From: an uncultured Actinomycetota bacterium
GTDB lineage: Bacteria > Actinomycetota > Humimicrobiia > Humimicrobiales > Humimicrobiaceae
Assembly (NCBI GenBank): GCA_964415365.1
Contig: CAYPYW010000005.1
Span: 14,579 to 78,578 of the forward strand
Length of the DNA: 64,000 nt
Reading direction: 5' to 3'
In this document: positions 38,479 through 48,613 of the stretch, one piece after another
Layout: each line of letters starts with the position of its first letter
Numbering within the stretch: the stretch's first letter is position 1
Notes under the pieces: model-generated
Told to the model about the DNA's origin: nothing
Database searches by the model: none
The model's input: the letters and a program-made list of their open reading frames with translations, nothing else
Translations under genes and position numbers: made by a program

Positions 38479-40023
38479 GTGAAGATGAAAGCGAAATATA
38501 TTTTAGGTGTAGATCTGGGTACCAGCAGTGTTAAGACGATCTTAATCGATTCTGAAGGTAAGATTATAGGGAGTGCATCAAGTGAGTATCCAACAGACTA
38601 TCCGCAACCGGGATGGGCTGAACAGAATCCTGAGAACTGGTATTCAGACTTTAAAAATACCTTCGGCAGGATGATGAAAGAAGCCGGTATCAGTCCTGAA
38701 AGAATCTCCGCTGTTGGAGTGGCAGGACAGATGGTAAGCCTTACCTGTCTTGATAGGGAAGGTTCTGTCCTGAGGAATACAATCTCATGGAATGATCAAC
38801 GTGCTACCAGTCAGGTAAGGTGGCTGAAGGAAAATTTCGGTAAAAGTATAAGCCGGATTACCTATCTTCCTATTAATCAGTCATTTACCTTACCCAAACT
38901 TCTCTGGCTTCGTGAAAACGAGCCTTTGGTGTGGAAGCAAATGTATCAGCTGCAGTTACCGAAAGATTATATAAGGTTTAGGTTGACCAGGAATTGGTTT
39001 ACTGATTATTCGGATGCATCGGCTACGATGCTTTTTGACCCTGTCAAACTTAGATGGTCTGAGAGGATCTGCAAAATGTTACAGTTTCCAATGGGAAAGT
39101 TACCTGAAGTTGTTCCATCCTCCCGTATAGTTGGTAATGTTTGCAGAGAAGCTTCTGATGAATTGGGTATTGTTAAAGGCACGCCTGTGGTTGCGGGAGC
39201 CTCAGATTTATCTGCAGATAATCTGGCATCGGGTATAACCAGACCAAATCAATGGGTGACAAGAATGGGAACGGCGGGCAGCACCTCATTGGTGGTGGAC
39301 AGTGCAATTCTTGACAAACAGGGAGTCTGCTTTTGTAGCGTACATTGCATTCCCGGCAAGTATATAGTCGAAGTGGGGGTTCATTCATTTGGTCAGTCCT
39401 ACCGCTGGTTTAAAGACACATTTTGTGGTGAAGAATCCAGCAGGGCAAAAGAAGTGGATAAGAGTCCCTATGAGATTATCGAACATTATGCAGAAAAAAC
39501 ATCCATTGGAGCTGATGGACTTATCTTTCATCCATTTATAAACGGCTCTCCTTACTGGGATCCTTATTTGAAGGGAGTTTTTTGGGGTATTAAACCCGGG
39601 CACACTAAAGGGCATTTTTCGCGAGCAGTGCTGGAGGGTACAGCTTTTTGCCTTAGTGATGCCTTTGGACTTTTAAGGAACCTGTCAAAATGTAAGCCAA
39701 AAGAGTACATACTTGTAGGAGGCGGTTCAAGAAGCAGACTATGGCGCCAGACTATCTGCGATGTACTTGGAACTGATGCCACTGTCTTGGACAACTGTGA
39801 CGCTTCTTTGGGAGTGGCAATGCTTGCCGGAGTAGGAAGTTCCATATTTAGGGACTATGAAGAGGCTATAGAAAAATTTGTCAAACCCAGCTCAAAAGTA
39901 TCATACGTTAAAGAGAATCATCTCAGTTACCAGAAGATAATGAGTACTTTTAAGAAAATTCATGGGGAAATTAGAAAAATTTATCGAGAGCTGGGGGAAA
40001 AAGAACTAAAAGATTTCAAATAG
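38479..40023 (+). CDS. FGGY-family carbohydrate kinase (xylulokinase/glycerol kinase-like)
   Basis: N-terminal ILGVDLGTSSVK (actin-fold phosphate-1 motif) and C-terminal GGGSRS motif. Start is either GTG 38479 or ATG 38485. Confidence 0.85.
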   Translation: MKMKAKYILGVDLGTSSVKTILIDSEGKIIGSASSEYPTDYPQPGWAEQNPENWYSDFKNTFGRMMKEAGISPERISAVGVAGQMVSLTCLDREGSVLRNTISWNDQRATSQVRWLKENFGKSISRITYLPINQSFTLPKLLWLRENEPLVWKQMYQLQLPKDYIRFRLTRNWFTDYSDASATMLFDPVKLRWSERICKMLQFPMGKLPEVVPSSRIVGNVCREASDELGIVKGTPVVAGASDLSADNLASGITRPNQWVTRMGTAGSTSLVVDSAILDKQGVCFCSVHCIPGKYIVEVGVHSFGQSYRWFKDTFCGEESSRAKEVDKSPYEIIEHYAEKTSIGADGLIFHPFINGSPYWDPYLKGVFWGIKPGHTKGHFSRAVLEGTAFCLSDAFGLLRNLSKCKPKEYILVGGGSRSRLWRQTICDVLGTDATVLDNCDASLGVAMLAGVGSSIFRDYEEAIEKFVKPSSKVSYVKENHLSYQKIMSTFKKIHGEIRKIYRELGEKELKDFK

Positions 40024-40126
40024 AGGATTTATAACAGATGAGTCCTAATCAGCAATATTATAAGAAGTCTTATGATAATTTTATTGTTAAATAAATGCAA
40101 GATCTAAACTAAAGGAGAAGTATAAG

Positions 40127-41233
40127 ATGGTAAATATGAGTAATGGGAAGTTATTGATATTTGGGTCTGCCGGAAGATATATACAGGGGCCTGGTTCAAT
40201 TGAATACCTTGGAAAATATGTTTCTCAAATATGTAAAAAAAAGAAGGCTTATGTATTGTTGGATTCAGGAGCCAGTTTTCTTCTAAATAAAATAGGACAA
40301 CTGTTAAAAAAAGAAGAGATAAATTTTTTTATAAAAGAGTTTGATGGCAACACACAGATTCAGAAAGCTAGTATGCTTTCAGAGGAGGCAAAGACTTTCG
40401 GTGGAGTAGAAGTGATTATAGGAGTTGGAGGTGGTAAAACGATAGATATGTCAAAGCTCATCGCACGGAGGCTTAATTCAAGAAACATCATAGTTGCTAC
40501 TATTTCTGCTACTGATGCGCCTGTATCTCATACAGCAGTAACCACAGATGAGAAGAATAATGTTATTGTGGAAGAGAATATTTTCAGTCCCGATCTTGTC
40601 CTGGTTGATAGCGAAATAATCGCCCAAGCGCCGGTCCGCTACTTTGTATCCGGCATAGGTGATGCTATTTCCAGAAAATATGAGGTACTGGCTTCTATAT
40701 CGGTGGGAGAGGAAAATTTTTTCGGGGGGAAACCAGTTTTTTTTATAAAATCCCTCTTGGATATACACCACCAGATTCTTCTCGAGTATTCTATTGAGGC
40801 AAAAAGAAGTATCGAGAAAAAGGAGACCAACGAAATAGTGGAAAAAGTTATAACTTCGACTATCCTTCTCAGTGGACTTCTTTTTGAAAACGGAGGCCTT
40901 GTGGGGGCTCACAGTATAGCAAATGTTTTAAATATGAAAGGATATGGGAAGAAAAACCTTCACGGGGAACTTGTAGGGGTGGGAGTATTGCTGCAGATTA
41001 TCTTACAGAAATTACCTGTTAATGAGTTAGAGAGAATTGATAGATTGCTTCAAAGTTTAGGATTACCATACAATTTTACTGAACTGGGAATAAATATAGA
41101 TGATAGCCAAAGAATCCGAAGTATTTGTGAGGGAATCAGCACCAGGCTTAGGAAACATAACTTTATACGGAGTGAAGAAGAAATCCTAGAGGCAATTAAG
41201 ATTCTGGAGCAAAGAAATTGGATTGAAAGATAA
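40127..41233 (+). CDS. Iron-containing alcohol dehydrogenase family, glycerol dehydrogenase (GldA)-like
   Basis: GVGGGKTIDMSK (Fe-ADH glycine-rich NAD motif). Conserved His ligands (GAHSIANVL, HGELVGVG). Confidence 0.78.
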   Translation: MVNMSNGKLLIFGSAGRYIQGPGSIEYLGKYVSQICKKKKAYVLLDSGASFLLNKIGQLLKKEEINFFIKEFDGNTQIQKASMLSEEAKTFGGVEVIIGVGGGKTIDMSKLIARRLNSRNIIVATISATDAPVSHTAVTTDEKNNVIVEENIFSPDLVLVDSEIIAQAPVRYFVSGIGDAISRKYEVLASISVGEENFFGGKPVFFIKSLLDIHHQILLEYSIEAKRSIEKKETNEIVEKVITSTILLSGLLFENGGLVGAHSIANVLNMKGYGKKNLHGELVGVGVLLQIILQKLPVNELERIDRLLQSLGLPYNFTELGINIDDSQRIRSICEGISTRLRKHNFIRSEEEILEAIKILEQRNWIER

Positions 41234-41327
41234 AATCCTGATAGATTTCAATATTTTCAGCGATTACTGTTCTTAACAGTTTATTAATATTCATAAAGAA
41301 GATTGACCTAAGATAGGAGATAACGAA

Positions 41328-42521
41328 ATGCCAAACTATGAAAAATCAGCGATGCAAAGATTATCTGAGACATCAGATGCTATGGAAATATGGTGGGATT
41401 CAAATCCTCTTATATTTGAGACATGGCGAAAAAAGTTTTTAGATAAAACAGGAACAGAAAATAAAGACAAATTAAAAAAGCAGCTAAAAATTCTTTTTGA
41501 CCTGGATAACCCAGAAAATGCCCTGTTTAGTGGAGTGACCACCAATCCAAGGCTTACTAGAAAGGTACTGGACTTACTTCCTGATGTAATAGCTCCCATG
41601 GTAGATAAGATCATTGCTGATAATACTGCTAAAAGTAATTATTTTCTTGCCTGGGAAGTATATAAGGAAATAACCAGGAGAGGCGCTGCTCTCTATATGC
41701 CTCTGTTTGAGAAATCTAAATATAAGAAAGGTTACGTATCAGCACAAGTAGATCCCCAGCTAGTGGCCAATGTTAAGAAGATGTTGTACCAGGCTTTGGA
41801 ACTCAAAGAGCTCTCAGATAATATAATGATAAAGTGCCCAGGCTCCCATGAAGGCATATACCTTATTGAGCTCCTTACCTCAATTGGTGTACCCACAAAT
41901 GCCACACTGGTGTTCCATATTCCTCAAGTAGTGGCTGTTGCAGAAGCTGTAAAGAAAGGGCTGGAGACCGGAAAGTGTAACGGTGTTGATTATTCGCGGT
42001 GGAGATCGGTTATTACCATCATGATCGGTCGGTTTGAAGATCAGCCTCAGTATAGTGAAAGTGCAAAATCCACCGGCATAGAGCTTACTGATGAGCTTAA
42101 AAGATGGACCGGGATAGCTATAGCTAAAAAAGCTCATGCTATCTTAAATGATTTAAGAAAGGGGTACAATTCCAAACTCCTTTTATGTTCAGCGCGTCGT
42201 GGGCCGGGCAAAGGAAATATCTACCATATGGAAAAGGTCGCCGGGGGTAATATGGTATATACCATGAATCCTGAAATTATAGAGGATTTTATGAACATAT
42301 ATGCCCAAAAAGATATTTATAGCCAAATTGATGACCCTGTACCTTCTAATATTATGAATAAGCTTACAAGGATACCTTATTTTAGTCAGGGTTATGAAGT
42401 AGATGGGATGACTAGAGTTGAGTTTGTGGATCATCCCTCCTTCGTTATGACCAGAGACCAATTTTCCGAGTCCATGGCAGAGATAGAGGAGTATATAGTA
42501 GAGAGAAAGTCCAAAAAATAA
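41328..42521 (+). CDS. Transaldolase-family protein (long form)
   Basis: GVTTNPRL (TTNP motif) and IMIKCPGSHEGI (Schiff-base Lys region, cf. ILIKLASTWQG in TalB). Confidence 0.72.
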   Translation: MPNYEKSAMQRLSETSDAMEIWWDSNPLIFETWRKKFLDKTGTENKDKLKKQLKILFDLDNPENALFSGVTTNPRLTRKVLDLLPDVIAPMVDKIIADNTAKSNYFLAWEVYKEITRRGAALYMPLFEKSKYKKGYVSAQVDPQLVANVKKMLYQALELKELSDNIMIKCPGSHEGIYLIELLTSIGVPTNATLVFHIPQVVAVAEAVKKGLETGKCNGVDYSRWRSVITIMIGRFEDQPQYSESAKSTGIELTDELKRWTGIAIAKKAHAILNDLRKGYNSKLLLCSARRGPGKGNIYHMEKVAGGNMVYTMNPEIIEDFMNIYAQKDIYSQIDDPVPSNIMNKLTRIPYFSQGYEVDGMTRVEFVDHPSFVMTRDQFSESMAEIEEYIVERKSKK

Positions 42522-42815
42522 CTGATAGTATGAAAATCCGTATTCGTATTCTTTGAACATTAAGTTATGCTCAAATGTCAGTAGCTATTTTTGCCTATTG
42601 TAAGATTCTCAGACAGGTAATAAAAGGTAAATGTTATTTTACTACTATGTAAAATCTTTTATTTTAAGTTTGACCATTCTAAGATACTTAAAAAATCTAT
42701 TGTTTTATATTAATGGAAGTAAGCTTCAGCTGTATCGCCAGTATACTTTTAATTTGATTAATGATTGGTTAAAAAATATAATAACAAAAATATGATTTAA
42801 AGAGAAACAAAGGGT

Positions 42816-43595
42816 TTGATTATGACTTATAATTCAATCGCTATAGAAACTTTTGACCTGACTAAAAATTTTGGGAGCCTGGCTGCAGTAAATAGGTTGA
42901 ATTTAAGTGTCAGGAGTGGAGAAATTTTCGGTTTTTTAGGTCCTAATGGTGCAGGGAAAACAACCACTATAAAGTTAATGACCGGACTGCTCAGGCCAAC
43001 CTCCGGGACCGTGAAAATTATGGGGAAAGATATACAGGAAAGTCCAATAGAAGCTAAGAAGAATATTGGGCTTATCCCGGAACAGCCTCAGGTTTACGAA
43101 AAGCTAACCGGTATAGAATTTTTAAGGTTTATGGGAAATTTGTTTGGGATAGATAAAAGTGAAATCGAGAGAAAAATAAAAGAGCTTTTAAAACTCTTTG
43201 ATCTGACCGGGAGAGGAGAAGAATTAATCCAGAGTTATTCTCATGGTATGAGGCAGAAGATAGCTATAGCCGGGGCTTTGATTCATTCTCCGAAGGTGCT
43301 TTTCTTCGACGAGCCAACAGTAGGGCTGGATCCCAAAAGTGCCAAAATAATAAAGGATATACTGAAATTTAGAGCAAAATCCGGTGACTGTATTTTTATG
43401 TCCACCCATATCCTGGAAATTGCAGAGAGAATATGCGATAGAGTTGGTATTATCAATAATGGTGAGCTGGTAGCTATTGGGGATATGGATGAACTCAGAA
43501 AGATCTCTAAGGAGGATAAAGGTAATCTGGAAGAGATATTTTTGCAGCTAACCGGAGGGGATGAAGATACGGATATTATAAAATCTTTAACTTAA
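42816..43595 (+). CDS. ABC transporter ATP-binding protein (ABC-2 type)
   Basis: Walker A GPNGAGKTT, signature YSHGMRQK and Walker B LFFDEPTVGLD. Confidence 0.85.
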   Translation: MIMTYNSIAIETFDLTKNFGSLAAVNRLNLSVRSGEIFGFLGPNGAGKTTTIKLMTGLLRPTSGTVKIMGKDIQESPIEAKKNIGLIPEQPQVYEKLTGIEFLRFMGNLFGIDKSEIERKIKELLKLFDLTGRGEELIQSYSHGMRQKIAIAGALIHSPKVLFFDEPTVGLDPKSAKIIKDILKFRAKSGDCIFMSTHILEIAERICDRVGIINNGELVAIGDMDELRKISKEDKGNLEEIFLQLTGGDEDTDIIKSLT

Positions 43596-43603
43596 TTAGT
43601 ATC

Positions 43604-45319
43604 ATGCTTAATCTACTACTTAAAAACAGATTAAATATCATATTGCTTGGATACACAAGAGATGAACCGAAAAAAAGGACTGGCAGAATAATTGGCACTT
43701 TGATTGGTGTGATAATTTTTTCTCTTATTCTTTTCTATTCAGGTAAATTTATTTCGTTTATTTATAATAGATTAGATGTAGAACTGGCAAATACAATATT
43801 TGATATTGCTCTGGATTATATTTTTGCGATTATCTTTATTTTTATAATGTTTACCGGGATTGCTACCAGCCTTTATGTATTATATTTATCAAGAGATCTG
43901 GAATTATTGTTAAGCCTTCCTATTAGTTACCGGACTGTATTTACATATAAATATACAGAGGCATTGATTTCAAATTCCTATTTATTTTTTATAGTAATTT
44001 TCCCACTTCTAATATCATACGGAATAACATCCAAATTGCCATTAGCTTATTATCCTGTGATGATAATAGTTTTTATATCTGTAGTGTCCATTCCAACCAG
44101 TCTGGGAGTTTTAATAGGTATGATTGCAGCAAGGTATATTAATCCTAACAGAGCTAAGGAAGTACTTGCTTTTATAGGAGGAATCTTCGGGCTTCTTATA
44201 TGGTTATCATCGCAGATTATATCCAGATATGCGGGGGATCTGGCGCCTGAATTAAAATCTATGGATGTTGAGAATATAAAGCAGTATATAACAGCTACTT
44301 TTAGCAAGTCTTTTTTAAAAGTTATACCTTCCACCTGGGGATCAAATACATTGTTTTACCTTCATAACGGCAATTACAGGGAATTTATCTTTAATTTTGT
44401 TTTAGTTACTGCTACTTCTATTATGTTGATATTTCTTTGTATAGTTATATCTCAGAGAATTTACTATTCAGGCTGGTCAAACGCATATCAAGTAATAGCC
44501 AGAAGGGGATTCAAGAAAAGGAAAGCAGGGGGAGAGGTGGGAACCGGTGATAAGAAAAAATATGGTTACTCGTTTTTTTCTGGCATCAACTATATTATGG
44601 TTAAAGATTTTAAGGTACTTTTCAGAGATGCCAGAAGGCTATTAAGTGTTTTTATGCCGCTTATAATGTTTACATTTTTATTTTTCTGGAGTATTTCAAG
44701 AAGTATTGGCGAAGGAGGGGGTATTAAATTTTTCCTTTCATTGGAAGTTCTTTTATTTTTGTTTTTTCCACTGCTGGTCTCGGGAATGGTGAATGTGAAT
44801 ATATCAGGAAATAATATTGGTGGTGAAGGATTGAAATTCTGGATACTGAAGGTATCTCCGGTAAATGCCAAAAAAATTTTAAGAACAAAGATCGTTTTTA
44901 GTTCTGCCATAACTGCGCTATGTGGGGGTATGATTATGCTTATATTTTATTTCATATATAAACCGGCATTATCGTATTTAATATTTGGACTGTTTCTTTT
45001 GATTTTATTCAGTTGGGGAGATTCGGTGATCGGTACTTCTGTTGGAGCTTTTTTTCCTGTTTTTAAGCCTTCTCAATCAAATAGAAGCAATGTCTCGTTT
45101 TTGGGAGGTATATTAAATTTAGTATTATTTTTATTATATTTATTATTTTTTGCTGGTATTGTAATGGGTATGTTATTTCTGGCAGACTATCTGGCATGGC
45201 CCGATCTGGCTGTATTCCCAATAGTATTAGCTCTGGAACTGATATTAAATCTAATTTTATATAATATTCTGGTAAACTTAAGTGCTCGTAGATTAAATGG
45301 AATTGAATGGAGATATTGA
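43604..45319 (+). CDS. Large polytopic membrane protein, putative ABC exporter permease partner
   Basis: 571 aa with about 12 hydrophobic helices, immediately downstream of the ABC-2 ATPase. No catalytic motifs. Confidence 0.55.
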   Translation: MLNLLLKNRLNIILLGYTRDEPKKRTGRIIGTLIGVIIFSLILFYSGKFISFIYNRLDVELANTIFDIALDYIFAIIFIFIMFTGIATSLYVLYLSRDLELLLSLPISYRTVFTYKYTEALISNSYLFFIVIFPLLISYGITSKLPLAYYPVMIIVFISVVSIPTSLGVLIGMIAARYINPNRAKEVLAFIGGIFGLLIWLSSQIISRYAGDLAPELKSMDVENIKQYITATFSKSFLKVIPSTWGSNTLFYLHNGNYREFIFNFVLVTATSIMLIFLCIVISQRIYYSGWSNAYQVIARRGFKKRKAGGEVGTGDKKKYGYSFFSGINYIMVKDFKVLFRDARRLLSVFMPLIMFTFLFFWSISRSIGEGGGIKFFLSLEVLLFLFFPLLVSGMVNVNISGNNIGGEGLKFWILKVSPVNAKKILRTKIVFSSAITALCGGMIMLIFYFIYKPALSYLIFGLFLLILFSWGDSVIGTSVGAFFPVFKPSQSNRSNVSFLGGILNLVLFLLYLLFFAGIVMGMLFLADYLAWPDLAVFPIVLALELILNLILYNILVNLSARRLNGIEWRY

Positions 45320-45493
45320 TAAGGCTGCATATTTATTTCACCAGCGAGTGTAGACATATTATCTTCAAGAATTTTTGAAACTTTAATATAAGTTTATACA
45401 TTATAATAATAATAATATAAAATATTAACTTTTTGGTGTAATATATTAATGTAGAAATAAAAGTTTTTATATAATATTAATAAATATAAGGGG

Positions 45494-46153
45494 TTGAATA
45501 ATATGAAAAAGACTTATAAAAGAAGGCGTACTCTGAAATTTTTTAAAGATTTCGGGTACAAGGTTATAAAATTGAAATACTTTATAATGATAGTTGTGGC
45601 GATGCTGATCGAGATCACAACGCTGGTAATTTATATATTTAACAATGAGAACATTATCGATTTTGATCTGTTTACTGCCAGTGTACTATACGGCATAAGT
45701 AGTGCAATTATAGTATTCCTTGCTGTTGGTTCTCTGGTACTCATAAAAACCGATAAATCAAGGAATAAAAAAATGATAGAGCAATTTAATGATTTCAGAA
45801 GGAATTATTTTAGGTTGACAAATGAATATTTGAGGGAGATTGACAGCCTGGTTAGAAGTTTTGACAGTGAGAGGGCAAACATAGAAGCGAAAATTAACTA
45901 TGCTATAATGATTGCTGAGAAGTACAATGATTTTATTAAAGAATTTTCAAAAGTGAAAACGCCGGTCTTCTTAAATGATGCGTTTAACTATGAATTGGAA
46001 CACCTAAGTAAGGAAAAATTATTTTTCGCCAGATTCTCATTATTGTCCAAAGCGGAAGAATTGGAAAAAATCAATAAAGAATCTGATTTGGCTCATGAAA
46101 ATTTTATAAGAGAGCTTGATAATACTGAAAGAAATTTTAAGATGATAATTTAG
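45494..46153 (+). CDS. Hypothetical protein (219 aa; N-terminal 2 TM then predicted coiled-coil)
   Basis: ORF with RBS AAGGGG. TM segments IMIVVAMLIEITTLVIYIF and ISSAIIVFLAVGSLVLI. Remainder charged and helical. Confidence 0.5.
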   Translation: MNNMKKTYKRRRTLKFFKDFGYKVIKLKYFIMIVVAMLIEITTLVIYIFNNENIIDFDLFTASVLYGISSAIIVFLAVGSLVLIKTDKSRNKKMIEQFNDFRRNYFRLTNEYLREIDSLVRSFDSERANIEAKINYAIMIAEKYNDFIKEFSKVKTPVFLNDAFNYELEHLSKEKLFFARFSLLSKAEELEKINKESDLAHENFIRELDNTERNFKMII

Positions 46154-46212
46154 AAGTCCTGAATTATAAAATATTGCTCATTAGAATTAAATGATTTCTA
46201 ACGGAACCAAAG

Positions 46213-47727
46213 ATGGAAGCCATTAATAAAATAAGAGAACAATTAATTTCAGAATTAGAAAAATTACGGCATGTTATAGATGAGTATGAAAAGGTGCAGC
46301 CTGATTTTAAAAAAATAGAGGAAGCATTAGGGGATAGCAAAGAGAGATATGAAACTTTGATTAATTCAGCTCCTTTTGGTGTAATTACTCTTAATGAAGA
46401 GGGAATTATTACATCGTGTAGCAACAAGGTATTAGAGTTCTTCGGTCAAACTGAAAAAGAAATAATCGGCAAACATTTTACAAAACACAGGTTTCTAAAT
46501 ATAGAAGATATTCCTAGATACCTCAAAATATTTAGCTATGCTTTAGACGGTAAGGAAAGTATGCCGTTTGAAATTACTGGTCTGGATAAAAATGGAAATA
46601 TTTTTTTTGGAGAAGTTTACTATGGACTTATAAAAAAAGATAACAGGGTTAAATATATTCAGGTGTTAATAGTTGATATCACTAAAAGAAAACAGGCTGA
46701 AGAAAAGTTAAAATATTTAAGATTTCATGACAATTTGACTGGTTTATACAATAGAGCTTATTTCGAAGAAGAAATAGAAAGACTTGATTCTGATAGACAA
46801 CTACCTTTAAGTTTTATTATTGGTGATGTAAATGGCCTGAAGTTGATAAATGACGCTTTTGGCAATGAAGAAGGTGACAGGATTTTAAAAAGTATCGCAG
46901 AAGCCCTTAAAGAGTGTTGCAGGAAGGAAGATATTATTGCCAGGTGGGGAGAGGATGAATTTTCGATACTCTTACCCAGAACTTCGGCAGAATATACCGG
47001 GAAGATAGTAAATAGGATTAAAGAAATTTGTCAAAAGATTGGCAGAAGTAAAACAAAGTTTGACTTTTCCATTGGGATGTCCACTAAAGATAATCCTGAG
47101 CAGGATTTTCAGAATATTATACGGGTAGCCAGGGATGAGATGTATAAAAATAAATTGTTCTGGGCTAAAAGTATTCCTGATTCTGTTATATCATCACTGG
47201 TTGACTCTTTAATGGAAACAAGTTTCGAGACGAGAGAACATGGAAAAAGAGTTAGAAAGATGGTTTTAAAACTGGGGCGTGCGATAGGATTACCAAAAAG
47301 TAAATTGGATGAATTATCGATGCTTGCCGATCTGCATGACCTTGGTAAGATAGCTATTCCTGACGATATTATTAGAAAGAAAGAAAAATTGGATGAAAAG
47401 GATTGGCAGGTTTTAAAGAGTTATCCTGAGATAGGTTATAGTATCGCACAATCATCATACAAATTTTCATATATTGCCGAATATATTTTAACCCATCACG
47501 AAAGATGGGATGGTAAAGGTTATCCCCGCGGACTAAAAGGAGAGGATATCCCCCTGGTATCACGCATTGCGGCTGTTGCCGATGCTTATGATGTTATGAG
47601 AAGCGGCAGGTTCTATAAAAGAACATTAGGCAAAAAAGAAGCTATCGAGGAATTAAGAAAATCAAGCGGTTCTCAGTTTGATCCAAAATTAGTCGAAGAA
47701 TTTATAAAAATTCTGGAAGAGGAATAA
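46213..47727 (+). CDS. Signalling protein: PAS - degenerate GGDEF (GEDEF) - HD-GYP phosphodiesterase domains
   Basis: N-terminal coiled-coil/PAS (VITLNEEGIITSCSNKVLEFFGQTEKEIIGKHF). GGDEF-domain core with RWGEDEF where RxGG(D/E)EF is expected. HD-GYP domain with LHDLGKIAIPD and HHERWDGKGYPRGL. Confidence 0.8.
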   Translation: MEAINKIREQLISELEKLRHVIDEYEKVQPDFKKIEEALGDSKERYETLINSAPFGVITLNEEGIITSCSNKVLEFFGQTEKEIIGKHFTKHRFLNIEDIPRYLKIFSYALDGKESMPFEITGLDKNGNIFFGEVYYGLIKKDNRVKYIQVLIVDITKRKQAEEKLKYLRFHDNLTGLYNRAYFEEEIERLDSDRQLPLSFIIGDVNGLKLINDAFGNEEGDRILKSIAEALKECCRKEDIIARWGEDEFSILLPRTSAEYTGKIVNRIKEICQKIGRSKTKFDFSIGMSTKDNPEQDFQNIIRVARDEMYKNKLFWAKSIPDSVISSLVDSLMETSFETREHGKRVRKMVLKLGRAIGLPKSKLDELSMLADLHDLGKIAIPDDIIRKKEKLDEKDWQVLKSYPEIGYSIAQSSYKFSYIAEYILTHHERWDGKGYPRGLKGEDIPLVSRIAAVADAYDVMRSGRFYKRTLGKKEAIEELRKSSGSQFDPKLVEEFIKILEEE

Positions 47728-47739
47728 GATATCTGTTGT

Positions 47740-48156
47740 TTAATCTGCAGTTCTAAGTTCTATTATATCTCCATCTGAGATTTTTTTAAGTTGAGGTAAA
47801 TTACTATCATCTGTTATTTTTCCGACTAGTGTAACCGGACTCGCAGCTTGTGGCTTATCTCCGGTGCTGGCAGGAGTTTTGCCGAAGAATATGCAAAAAG
47901 CATTGCCTGGAGGCCAGTAAGCTACAGAACCTACATCCAGGATTTCTATACCATCCTCCAGCTCGGCATGCACCGGTATTTTAAAGTATATTTCGTCTCC
48001 CCATCTGTTTGCTTGGGAGACTATTGGTAATTTTTTTAATATTTCTTGGGAAGCATTTGAATTATTTAGTTTAACCGGGATTTCAATATTCTTTGAAACT
48101 ATTTTAATGATGTTGTCCATTTTTACGGTGCTTAATTTATTATTTGTAATGAACAT
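47740..48156 (-). CDS. Cyclophilin-like fold protein (Cyclophil_like/DUF family), non-PPIase type
   Basis: GSVAYWPPGNAFCIFFGKTP is the conserved core of the small cyclophilin-like family. The product may start at the internal Met (MDNIIKIV). Confidence 0.55.
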   Translation of the reverse strand: MFITNNKLSTVKMDNIIKIVSKNIEIPVKLNNSNASQEILKKLPIVSQANRWGDEIYFKIPVHAELEDGIEILDVGSVAYWPPGNAFCIFFGKTPASTGDKPQAASPVTLVGKITDDSNLPQLKKISDGDIIELRTAD

Positions 48157-48325
48157 AATATATTTTAAAACAAAAATTTACAAGTGAAATGACCTGGTTT
48201 AATACTTAAAGTTTTACTTTAAGCTTTATTGTGCAGCATGGAGGTACCGTAAAAATATTAATTGATTTATACAAAGATATAAATTATTCTTTAGACTATA
48301 GTTTTATATTAATAAAAGGGATGTT

Positions 48326-48613
48326 ATGATGGATATTAAAATGAATCATATAGAAGGGACTGATAAAGGTAGGGTAGTTTTGTATGCATTGAGTACCTGT
48401 CAGTGGTGTGAAAAAACAAAGAAGCTCCTGAATGAATTAAAAGTTGATTATTATTATATTGATGTGGATCTGGCTGATGAAAAAGATCAGCAGGAAATAG
48501 TGGAAGAAATAAAGAAATATAATCCGGCCTGTAGCTTTCCCACTCTGGTATTGAATGACAGTGATTCAATAATCGGATTCGACGAAGAGAAGATAAAAGA
48601 AAGATTCAAGTGA
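48326..48613 (+). CDS. Glutaredoxin-like protein (NrdH/YruB-type, CxxC)
   Basis: VVLYALSTCQWCEKTKKLL thioredoxin-fold N-terminus with active-site CQWC. Length 95 aa. Confidence 0.7.
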   Translation: MMDIKMNHIEGTDKGRVVLYALSTCQWCEKTKKLLNELKVDYYYIDVDLADEKDQQEIVEEIKKYNPACSFPTLVLNDSDSIIGFDEEKIKERFK

